A DNA stretch of 30,872 bases from a virus. Taxonomy: Duplodnaviria; Caudoviricetes. Of the stretch, positions 1-8,183 are shown one piece after another. The notes under the pieces were generated by a model. It did no database searches. It saw nothing but the letters and a program-made list of their open reading frames with translations, and was not told the DNA's origin. The first letter of the stretch is position 1. Each line of letters begins with the position of its first letter. A program made the translations under genes and the position numbers. The stretch is taken from positions 1-30,872 of the IMG/VR virus record IMGVR_UViG_3300037463_000031. One strand, written 5' to 3'.

Positions 1-2
1 TT

Positions 3-152
3 AGAATCGCGCGCGAATTTGGATGCAGTCCTGACGAAGTGCGGGACAAATGGAGCGCCCAATCTTTTTACGATGCTGAACTCATGATAGCTGCTGAAAA
101 CAAAGCAGATAGGTATTTCATGAAAAAAGCTCGTGAAGAAGCTAAAGCCTAA
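3..152 (+). CDS. 3' end of a 5'-truncated gene, possibly a tail assembly chaperone
   Basis: Open frame from the window edge, RIAREFGCSPDEVRDKWSAQSFYDAELMIAAENKADRYFMKKAREEAKA*, followed by a terminator hairpin. Function is inferred only from position upstream of the tape measure gene. Confidence 0.45.
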   Translation, partial: RIAREFGCSPDEVRDKWSAQSFYDAELMIAAENKADRYFMKKAREEAKA

Positions 153-166
153 TTCCAAGTTGGTTC

Positions 167-208
167 GATTAAAAGGCCGCGCCGTTAGGCCGGCCTTTTA
201 ATCATTTT
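167..208 (+). terminator. Probable intrinsic terminator hairpin
   Basis: GATTAAAAGGCCG-C-GCC-GTTA-GGC-CGGCCTTTTAATC inverted repeat with T-rich 3' side, directly after the stop at 152. Confidence 0.6.
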
Positions 209-213
209 AGCTT

Positions 214-702
214 ATGCCACGCTCAAACTGGAGATTTAAAAACAACATTCCGAAACTTCGCTCGGCACTTCGCGCAGAATTGGAAAAAGTTGTTACTGAT
301 ACAGTCGAGAGCGGACGCGACCGCACCGAGCGTGAAGCTCCCTCCCCCACAAACCCCGGCCCCTATGCGTCCGGAGCCACACGCCGGGGCCTTTATGTAG
401 TTACGGAAGCCGGCAGCGATTACAACGAGCGTGTGGATGAAGCTAAAAAGGCGCCTGGTGCCCGACTCCAAGGCATGATTCTCGACAAGGTGGAATTAAA
501 GCCATCGCGCCCTGGTGATTTTCATGGCCTGTGGGCGGCTCCTTTTCAATACGACGAGTGGATTCACGAAGGCTTTTTCTCTGTTACCGCAAACCGCTAC
601 GTGGCGCCCAACCCCTTTATGCTGCGGGCTCGCAATGAAGAAGAAAGTTACTTCATAAAACGCCTGGTAAAAGCTCTCAAGCGACTTGAAAAGATTCGCT
701 AA
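214..702 (+). CDS. HK97-gp10-like tail completion/neck protein
   Basis: 162 aa with family-like motifs (EAPS..., SGATRRGL, YDEWIHEG, VAPNPFMLRA), located in the tail module. Confidence 0.6.
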   Translation: MPRSNWRFKNNIPKLRSALRAELEKVVTDTVESGRDRTEREAPSPTNPGPYASGATRRGLYVVTEAGSDYNERVDEAKKAPGARLQGMILDKVELKPSRPGDFHGLWAAPFQYDEWIHEGFFSVTANRYVAPNPFMLRARNEEESYFIKRLVKALKRLEKIR

Positions 703-737
703 CAAGTCATTTTTTACTTACTTCCAACTTAGTTTCC

Positions 738-764
738 AATTTTGTCGCCCAGGGCGACAAAATT
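738..764. promoter_or_regulatory. 27-bp palindrome AATTTTGTCGCCC-A-GGGCGACAAAATT (copy 1 of the TTTGTCGCCCWGGGCGACAAA motif)
   Basis: 13-bp perfect arms with a 1-bp centre. Intergenic if the tape measure gene starts at 793. The same 21-bp core recurs at 12439-12459. Confidence 0.6.
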
Positions 765-792
765 AGCCCTGGCACTTTTTATCCCCGTTTCC

Positions 793-3700
793 ATGAGCAA
801 TGTCGCCTCGCTGTCAGCCTCAGTTGAAATTTTAGCCGGCAATTCCTTTAGGGTTTTGGATCGGCTTGAAGATCGTCTAAGCGTGCTGTCAGAAAAACCG
901 ACTGACGTAAAGTTACAGCTTCAAGGCAACGCCTTGGAAGCTGATGTCACGCGTCAGGTGCGACGGCTCAAATCAGCACTGTCATCGCTGGATAAAATCG
1001 GCATGGCTCCGCGTGTTGTAGAAGTCACCACCAAAACACAAGGCGCCAAAGCTGAACTTACTGACATTCGCAACTTGGTGCGCGAGATTCGGGAACATAA
1101 CACGGTCACTATCGCCGTGCGCAGTGCCACAACGCGCAGCATCGCGCGCGGCACTGACCCGGACTCAATAACGCGTGGTCGCTACGCTGGACTGAGTCGT
1201 GTTGAGGCAGAATTCCAAAAAGATTGGGATGCAGCTCTTAAAGAAAAAACTGTGCGTGAACGCCAGGCCGCGCGCGAATCAGAGCGCATTTCCAAAGGCG
1301 AGTTTGAAGCTAAAAAGAAGTGGGCGGCTGACTGGGCGCGCGAAGTTGAGGCAGGCTACCGCCGGCAAGGTGTAACCATCACGCGCTACGGTGACCGGGT
1401 TCGCACCGTAACCGGCTTGTTACACGACCTTGAAAAAGCACAGCGCAAAGCTGATGCAGGTCGTGATATGCTGGGCGATAGAGCCAGCATGGGCGCCACA
1501 ATGGGCGGCGCAGCGATTTTGGGTGGCTTAGGCCTCGCAACCAATGAAGCCATCAAATTTGAAGACAGCTTCAAACAGGTGCGCAAAACCGTAGATGCGA
1601 CCGGTGCCGAACTCGCTGTTATTCAAACCCAGCTTCGTGATATGGCGGCGGGCAAAAACCCGATTCCCATTGATGTCAATGAGCTCTCCGCCATAGCTGG
1701 CGCAGCGGGGCAACTGGGCATCCAAACGCCGCGCGTGGTGCAGTTCACCGACACGATTGCCAAACTGGGAGAAACAACCAACCTGAGCACGCAAGAAGGC
1801 GCTGAGGCTTTGGCTCAGTTCTCAAATATTGTGCAAATGAATCAGGCGCACTTTGATCGTCTTGGTTCAACGGTCGTGGAATTGGGGAATAAAAGCGCAG
1901 CTACCGAACGCGACATTGTAAGTATGGGTTTGCGCCTGGCCGGTGCCGGCGAACAGATCAAACTTTCAGAGCCTGACATCTTAGCCTACGCGACAGCGTT
2001 GGCCAGTGTTGGCATTGAAGCCGAAGCCGGCGGCAGCGCAGTTTCAAAGACATTCGTAGAAATTGACAAAGCAGTTCGTCAGGGTGGAAAAGAGCTTGAG
2101 GCTTACGCGAAGATCTCCGGTGTAAGTGCTGCGGAATTCAAACGCGCTTACCAAACGGATGCTGCTCAAGCGATTGAAAGTTTTATTGCCGGCTTAGGGC
2201 GCATCCAAAAATCAGGAGGCGATGTTTTTGGCGTGCTCGAACGGTTAGGCATGAGCGAAATTCGCCAGAGGGATGCACTGCTTCGTTTGGCTGGCGCCGG
2301 CAATTTATTGAATCAAACGCTGGAAACCGGGCGCGATGCCTGGCAGGAAAACAAAGCGCTTAACGACGAGGCGCGCGAATCTTTCAAAACGACCGCTTCA
2401 CAAATTAAAATTCTGCACAATGACTTCCGCGATTTAGGTATCGAAGTTGGCGAAACGACTATACCTGTCACACGCGACCTCATTAAAGAAACTCGTAGCG
2501 TTCTCAAATGGTTTCGGGACCTTGACCCTGCCACACAGGAAAACTACGTTAAATTTGGTCTGTTAGGCGGCGCGGCGCTACTGTTGACAGGAAAAATTAA
2601 AGACGTTGTTTTAATCATTAAAGCGCTTAAAGATATGCACTACGCGGCTGCGGCTGCCGCTGGCGTGCAGGCCGGCGCTGAGGTGGCAGCCGCCAATACC
2701 ACAGCGGGCGCGTGGGCCGCTGCGTTGGCAAAAATTCGCGGTTCTCTGGCACTGGCGACACGCGCAGGTAGTGTCTTAGGTCTTGGCATCCTGACTGGCA
2801 CCGGCATTTATGAAGGCACGCGCCGTGCTGGACTGTTGCCCTTCCAAGGTGGCAATGCTCCCGGTTCGCTTTCTGAGGCATGGGGTAATAGTAAAGAAAC
2901 CGCCCGAACGGGGTTCGGCCGTATTGGGTCATGGGCAATGGGGTTGGGACCGCAAGGTTACGACAACGCTGCACGTGGAGAAGAAGCTGAGTCTCTGAGT
3001 AAGTTGATATTCGACAAAATGCGCGCCAAGATTGAGGCGCGCCGTAAAGGCGACGAGCTTTATCGTCAATCAAATTATCTCCAGAACATCAACAGCACCG
3101 GCGCCGGCGTGGATCGTGAAGTCAAGTCTCTGTTGTCTACAAAAGAAGAAAAATCAAGCGCGATCAAAGAGAATGCAGCGGCCCGGCGCGAGCGTGCAGC
3201 TTCCATACGCAAAGAAAAAGATGAGTTGCGCGATATGGCCCGCGAAGCAGGGCTATCGGCAAAAGCTATCAGCAAATTTGCTGATGCCGAAATTACCAAG
3301 TTAGAAACCATTCGTGACGGTTTGAAAGGCGTATTTACGCCTCTGCAAGATCACCTTTTGCAACTGGGTGTTATCAATGACCCGTTGGGCCCACTGGTGC
3401 GCTCCTGGGAGCGCCTGCTGCGCCTGCAACCCAAAGCAAAAGAGATGGCTGAACTCGCCAAGTTGTTAGGCTCGAATTTTCACTCAGAGAGCAAGAGCGC
3501 TCAAACCAAGTTGGATAAATTGAAAGGTGGCAACGGTCGCGTGCCAGGAAAGGACACAGCGGCTGAGTCTGTCATTGATAGCTTGGCTAAAGGTGTTAAA
3601 ACGCCTAAGGGACTGGCTTCGTGCGCAGCGTTCGCTTCAATTCTGCTTTCAACTTTAGGCGTGCAACTGCCGCAAACGAATGTGGCACGCGACCTTGCAC

Positions 3701-5733
3701 TCAAGGCACAAACCGCCGGCGCGCAAAAAATTGATGCGCACGCGGCAAAGGCCGGAGATCTAATCATTTGGCGCGGTCAAAAATATGGCGCCTTGAAATA
3801 CAACGAAGGCGGGCAAAAGGTTGGCTATCACGCCGGCGTTTTTGCGGGCAACGGTCAGGTTTGGGATTCAAGCGGCAATGGCCCTGGAAAGCAGCGTAAG
3901 CGCAAAATTTCAGACCTTGCTCACGCCACGGCTTATCGTTTCGGCAGCGGCAGCGACAGTCGTGCCGCGCTGCTCGGCCAACTTCTGGGCAGTGATTTTT
4001 CGGCTGCTGAAGTTTCCGCTCTATCTCAGGGCAAAGTAGCTGAGGTTCTACTCGGCAACTGGAATGCCAGCCTTAGTGAGGTGCGCAAGGTTCCAGATGC
4101 TTGGCGCGGTGCAGTAAAAGATACCGAAGAGACTACAGCACGGTTTCTGGTGCAAACAAAACTCGCCAGCAAAGAGTTTCAAGATTTGCTTCTGTTGATC
4201 TCGGCCCTGAGCGGAAAACCTTTTAATGAATTAGTCGGCCAGTTACGCACGGACGCTAACAAAGCCGATGCGGTCATCAACAAGGCATCAGGCGTCTCCG
4301 AAGAAAAGGCCAAAGAAGCTAACGAAAAAGCCATTGGCAACTACGAGAAACAACGGGAAAAAGCTGCTGATCTACGCGAGATGGTCGCTGATTTGGCACG
4401 ACAGAATGAACGCCGCCTGTCAGCCTTGTCGCTGGAGAATCAGCTTTTAGGCGATCAATCTTTGGCCCTGGAAGAGATCACTAAGCGTATCGAACGCAAG
4501 CAGGCGCTTGACCAAATTGAAGATGAACGGTTGAATCGAATCAAGCAGTTGCAAAAGGATGGCGCATCGAAAACCGATGCCACTTCTATTGCCGATGCCG
4601 AAGCCACCAACCGTCGTGAGGCTTTGAAGCAGGAAGATGCAAACGATGCTTTAAAAGCGGCGCGTGAAGCGGCGCAGCGTGGCGCAGAGATGGGGCGCGA
4701 ATTCGCTGCGGCAATGACGGCCCAAAACAAAGAAGCTATCGAAGCCGCCAAACAGGATGAGGCCAACATGGGCGAATACACCACGGAAACCGTAATGCGG
4801 AGACGTGAGCTTATCGCGCAAGCCACAAACATCCTTGGTCAGGCCACAAATCTCTTTGGTGAAGCCAGCGATAAATTCAGTCAAGCCCTTACTGATTACT
4901 ACGACAAGAAGGCCGAAAAAACCAAAGCAGATCAAGAGCGCATCGGTGGCTTTTTGCGCGACGTGCAAAGCCGCATTCGCATTGACCGCACGTTTGATCC
5001 GATGGCGCAAGAGTTGGAAGCGATTCGTGCCAACTTACGCTCACAGGAATGGACTGAAGAAGAGATCGAGCGTGTTATCCCGACCGTTAAAATCGGCCTG
5101 AAAGTATCACAGGCGCGCGGCTACATCGAGCAGTTCTTAGGTGGCGTGCAGGGCACTTTCAAAGATACCTTCAAAAACATTTTGGACGGTGATTTTAGTG
5201 CTTTCGCGGATGGTTTGTTAGGCGGCTTTCGTAACCTGCTCAGTGACATTTTAGCTGAAATCGCTGCGGCGAAAATGCGCCAGGTCATAACCGGATTACT
5301 GGGCGGGTTGCTGGGTGGACTGCTGGGCGGTGGCGGTGGCTTAGTGCCGTCCGCCAGCGGCCACGGCTTTACACCTGGCTCTATTGCCGGTGCTCTGGGC
5401 GTTCCCGGACACGCGGACGGCCTTGATCGAGTCCCCCGCGATGGCTATTTGGCTGTGCTGCACCGCGACGAAGCTGTTCTGAATGCTCATGCTGCCTCGC
5501 AGTGGCGCGATGAGCGGACAAGCCTTCTATCGGGCACTGGCAGCGCCTCCGGTGGACGCAGCGGCCAAGGCGGCAGTAATGGAATCACCGTCAACAATTA
5601 CTACAACGTCGGCAAATTAGAAGCTCAGAATCCCAAAGAATTTGTGCGCAAGTTGCCTGGCACGCGCCAGTCGCAAGCACAAATGAAAAAGCAGTTAGCC
5701 CAGGCCGCCGGCGATGGCTACGGTTTCAGCTAA
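793..5733 (+). CDS. Phage tail tape measure protein (TP901/PhageMin_Tail type) with internal NlpC/P60/CHAP-like amidase domain
   Basis: About 1646 aa, Ala-rich and helical. TP901-type core (FEDSFKQVRKTV...AGQLGI...AEAGGSAVSK), internal CAAFAS...AGDLIIW...YHAGVFAGNG, and C-terminal HADGLDRVPRDGYLAVLHRDEAVL typical of tape measures. ATG at 793 is preferred to the TTG at 742, which lies inside the palindrome. Confidence 0.93.
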   Translation: MSNVASLSASVEILAGNSFRVLDRLEDRLSVLSEKPTDVKLQLQGNALEADVTRQVRRLKSALSSLDKIGMAPRVVEVTTKTQGAKAELTDIRNLVREIREHNTVTIAVRSATTRSIARGTDPDSITRGRYAGLSRVEAEFQKDWDAALKEKTVRERQAARESERISKGEFEAKKKWAADWAREVEAGYRRQGVTITRYGDRVRTVTGLLHDLEKAQRKADAGRDMLGDRASMGATMGGAAILGGLGLATNEAIKFEDSFKQVRKTVDATGAELAVIQTQLRDMAAGKNPIPIDVNELSAIAGAAGQLGIQTPRVVQFTDTIAKLGETTNLSTQEGAEALAQFSNIVQMNQAHFDRLGSTVVELGNKSAATERDIVSMGLRLAGAGEQIKLSEPDILAYATALASVGIEAEAGGSAVSKTFVEIDKAVRQGGKELEAYAKISGVSAAEFKRAYQTDAAQAIESFIAGLGRIQKSGGDVFGVLERLGMSEIRQRDALLRLAGAGNLLNQTLETGRDAWQENKALNDEARESFKTTASQIKILHNDFRDLGIEVGETTIPVTRDLIKETRSVLKWFRDLDPATQENYVKFGLLGGAALLLTGKIKDVVLIIKALKDMHYAAAAAAGVQAGAEVAAANTTAGAWAAALAKIRGSLALATRAGSVLGLGILTGTGIYEGTRRAGLLPFQGGNAPGSLSEAWGNSKETARTGFGRIGSWAMGLGPQGYDNAARGEEAESLSKLIFDKMRAKIEARRKGDELYRQSNYLQNINSTGAGVDREVKSLLSTKEEKSSAIKENAAARRERAASIRKEKDELRDMAREAGLSAKAISKFADAEITKLETIRDGLKGVFTPLQDHLLQLGVINDPLGPLVRSWERLLRLQPKAKEMAELAKLLGSNFHSESKSAQTKLDKLKGGNGRVPGKDTAAESVIDSLAKGVKTPKGLASCAAFASILLSTLGVQLPQTNVARDLALKAQTAGAQKIDAHAAKAGDLIIWRGQKYGALKYNEGGQKVGYHAGVFAGNGQVWDSSGNGPGKQRKRKISDLAHATAYRFGSGSDSRAALLGQLLGSDFSAAEVSALSQGKVAEVLLGNWNASLSEVRKVPDAWRGAVKDTEETTARFLVQTKLASKEFQDLLLLISALSGKPFNELVGQLRTDANKADAVINKASGVSEEKAKEANEKAIGNYEKQREKAADLREMVADLARQNERRLSALSLENQLLGDQSLALEEITKRIERKQALDQIEDERLNRIKQLQKDGASKTDATSIADAEATNRREALKQEDANDALKAAREAAQRGAEMGREFAAAMTAQNKEAIEAAKQDEANMGEYTTETVMRRRELIAQATNILGQATNLFGEASDKFSQALTDYYDKKAEKTKADQERIGGFLRDVQSRIRIDRTFDPMAQELEAIRANLRSQEWTEEEIERVIPTVKIGLKVSQARGYIEQFLGGVQGTFKDTFKNILDGDFSAFADGLLGGFRNLLSDILAEIAAAKMRQVITGLLGGLLGGLLGGGGGLVPSASGHGFTPGSIAGALGVPGHADGLDRVPRDGYLAVLHRDEAVLNAHAASQWRDERTSLLSGTGSASGGRSGQGGSNGITVNNYYNVGKLEAQNPKEFVRKLPGTRQSQAQMKKQLAQAAGDGYGFS

Positions 5734-5760
5734 ACGACACAGCTAAACGAAATAAACGAA

Positions 5761-6435
5761 ATGCCTTCTCCCAGTTGGAACGAATTAAATTTGTTGATTT
5801 TCCCTGAGTGGATTCTGCGCGGCACTAATGGCGCGGAAGAATTCTCCACGTCGATTGTGCGCTTTGGCCGGCAGGAGAATCGAAACTCGACCGCTACCGA
5901 AGGCTGGCAGCGTCTCACGCTGGGCGGCGGCGAAATTCAAGGGCATCAGGAATTAAAATACTGGAACACCTTTCGCGCAATCACCAAAGGCGCACAAGGT
6001 TCGTTTCTGATTCGCAACATTTACCACTGCCGCATGGAAGATGAAGAAATCGGCACTGGTGACGGCGTAAAGACAGAATTTCAGCTTTGCGTGCGCGGCG
6101 AATTGCAGGATCAGGAGCATGTGTGGCCGGTAAAGTATCCAGATCACAATTACCCGCCGCGCACGTTTCCTGATGGCCGCGTTTATACGCCAACCAACTT
6201 CGTTCAAATCTTCCTGGATGGCGTTGAGGTGGCGTGGGGCGATGACTGGGACGTGGATCGCAACACGGGCATTATCACTTTCTATGATCCGGTGGATGAT
6301 GGTGTTGTGATTACAGCCACAGGTTGGTTTTTCACAAGGGTGCGTTTTTCCTCGGATTGGACACCGATTGAAGCCGAAGGCGGCGCCACATTCGAGATTC
6401 CGGCCAGCGCTGAACTAATCGAGGTGGATGCTTAA
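5761..6435 (+). CDS. Distal tail protein, DUF2460 / GTA-type
   Basis: Motifs FSTSIV..GRQENRN, IGTGDGVKTEFQL, VDRNTGIITF..P..GVVITA, RVRFSSD; directly after the tape measure gene. Confidence 0.85.
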   Translation: MPSPSWNELNLLIFPEWILRGTNGAEEFSTSIVRFGRQENRNSTATEGWQRLTLGGGEIQGHQELKYWNTFRAITKGAQGSFLIRNIYHCRMEDEEIGTGDGVKTEFQLCVRGELQDQEHVWPVKYPDHNYPPRTFPDGRVYTPTNFVQIFLDGVEVAWGDDWDVDRNTGIITFYDPVDDGVVITATGWFFTRVRFSSDWTPIEAEGGATFEIPASAELIEVDA

Positions 6436-7355
6436 TGCCTCGCACAACGCTACACGCCGATCTTGAATATCATTTTGGCCTGGCGAAACAAACCTGGTGT
6501 TTCGCTTATGAAGTCTTTCCCGTTTTAGGCGCGCTGGAATTGGCGCCTGAGGGCTTCACCACGCTGGACAAAGATATTACCTCCCAGGGGCGCTTGTTTC
6601 GCTCACGAGCCAACGCGCTGCCAACTGATTTACCTTTTAGCGTTGGCGTGCCTAACAACGCACTGGAAGCGACGTTACTGTTTGATGGCGGTGTAATAAA
6701 CGCCGGCAGTGTGGCAATGGGCAAATACGATGGCGCGCGGCTCAATATCTACGCGCTTAACTATTCCGGCGATTTGGATATCCGAGAGCGCTTGTTTGGT
6801 GGATTCCTCGGTAAAGCCGACTATGGCACTGAGGCCGCGACCTTTGAACTGTCACCCAATTCAGTTGTTTTGAATCGAGATTTGGGCGGGCGTTATGTGC
6901 GTTCCTGTTCGCATCCCCGCTATGGCCGTGGCTTTTGTCGCAACGGTGAAGATGTGGATGGTTTGGATGATGGTCCCGACATCGCTGATTTCACGCGAAC
7001 CGGCACAGTGGGCACGGTCACCAGTGCCGGCAACTTCAGGATCAGTGGCATCACCGCTGAGCAGGCGCCTGATAACTGGGCTGATTACGGCGTGTTGCGC
7101 TTCACCTCCGGCCCGCTTTCGGGTGCTGAATATGATGTTGTGCGCTGGCTGGCCGCCAGTGGTGGCGATCCTGGCCAGGTATGGCTTAATGTGCCGGCGC
7201 ATCTACAGCCTTCGCCTGGCGATAGCGTGGCTTTAGAGCGTGGATGTGATCGCACCTGGGAGGCGTGCCTGGCACGCACCAACACGCCCAATTATGGCGG
7301 CTTTGCGCACTTTCCGGGCACAGATGGCATGTCAAGGTTCAAAGATGAAAATTGA
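6435..7355 (+). CDS. Baseplate hub protein, DUF2163/BR0599-like (GTA-type)
   Basis: GFTTLDKDI, GKYDGA, YGVLRFTSG, GCDRTWEAC...NYGGFAHFPG; start overlaps the previous stop (TAATG). Confidence 0.87.
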   Translation: MPRTTLHADLEYHFGLAKQTWCFAYEVFPVLGALELAPEGFTTLDKDITSQGRLFRSRANALPTDLPFSVGVPNNALEATLLFDGGVINAGSVAMGKYDGARLNIYALNYSGDLDIRERLFGGFLGKADYGTEAATFELSPNSVVLNRDLGGRYVRSCSHPRYGRGFCRNGEDVDGLDDGPDIADFTRTGTVGTVTSAGNFRISGITAEQAPDNWADYGVLRFTSGPLSGAEYDVVRWLAASGGDPGQVWLNVPAHLQPSPGDSVALERGCDRTWEACLARTNTPNYGGFAHFPGTDGMSRFKDEN

Positions 7356-7911
7356 TGCCGTCCCGGCCTTCACAGCGCCCCTGATGCCGTTGGATGGATA
7401 CAAGATCATCAAAGCCGCGCAGCGTTATCAGGGAATCCCTTACAGCGCGCATCGCAACTACCTGAAAGAGTCAGACGGCGCGCTCGATCTCGCACATTCT
7501 TCGATGAACTGTCACGGTTTGCTGCTATTCACAGCGCGCGACCTGGGACTTTTGCCTCCTGATTTTAACCCGAATCTGTTGCGCTTTGCGCCGCGCCAGC
7601 CATTCACCCAGGCTCTCAGGCAGCTTCTCGAAACCAACTGCCGGCAGATTTCACCATCGCGCGCCCGGATCGGAGACATTCTGCTGCTGTGGTATCGAGA
7701 CATTCCCCAAAACGCACATTTAGGCGGGCCGCACCACGTAGCGCTACTCACGCGGCGCGCCTATCGCCCGGATGGCTTTCACACGCGATTCCAGCGCGCC
7801 AGTCTGTTTCACGCTGATAGTGACGCCGGCTGTGTGATTGAAGAAGAGATTGACGCCCTGATGCGCTCGCGCATTTGTTCAGCCTGGCGTTTGGCGTGCT
7901 TAGGAGTTTAA
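7345..7911 (+). CDS. NlpC/P60-family cell-wall peptidase of the tail-tip cassette
   Basis: AQRYQGIPY...MNCHGLL...IGDILLL...PHHVALL...LFHA (Cys/His/His). ATG at 7345 overlaps the end of the DUF2163 gene, matching the canonical GTA-like order. Confidence 0.82.
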   Translation: MKIDAVPAFTAPLMPLDGYKIIKAAQRYQGIPYSAHRNYLKESDGALDLAHSSMNCHGLLLFTARDLGLLPPDFNPNLLRFAPRQPFTQALRQLLETNCRQISPSRARIGDILLLWYRDIPQNAHLGGPHHVALLTRRAYRPDGFHTRFQRASLFHADSDAGCVIEEEIDALMRSRICSAWRLACLGV

Positions 7912-7914
7912 GGC

Positions 7915-8172
7915 TTAGTTCTGACTTGGCTGATAGTTGAGCCAGTAGCGTGAAAGACGTGGGCAATAACCTGATTCAAGTTTTCTTTGAGCCGATGCAG
8001 ATAGAACCTGACATTGAAATTCAACGGCACGAGGAACTTCAAAACAAAATTCCCAGCCGGGAGAGCGATCCCATCGCTTTATTTTAACCATGCACTTTTT
8101 GCTGTCCGAAACGGGAAACCACCCATTCAGAAACAAAAAGTTTTGCCAGTGCAAGAAGTCGTTCACAGCCAT
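7915..8172 (-). CDS. Small hypothetical protein inserted antisense within the tail operon (possible moron)
   Basis: 85-aa ATG ORF almost exactly filling the gap between two tail genes; the region appears AT-richer than its flanks; no recognisable motif. Confidence 0.35.
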   Translation of the reverse strand: MAVNDFLHWQNFLFLNGWFPVSDSKKCMVKIKRWDRSPGWEFCFEVPRAVEFQCQVLSASAQRKLESGYCPRLSRYWLNYQPSQN

Positions 8173-8183
8173 TATTTTAGACC

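Noticed and set aside
742-792. TTG start at 742 for the tape measure protein
   Set aside because: It lies inside the 27-bp palindrome; ATG 793 gives a typical tape measure N-terminus.
5728-5762. Short repeats CAGCTAAACGA / TAAACGAAA between the tape measure and DUF2460 genes
   Set aside because: Very short local duplication; no support for a function.
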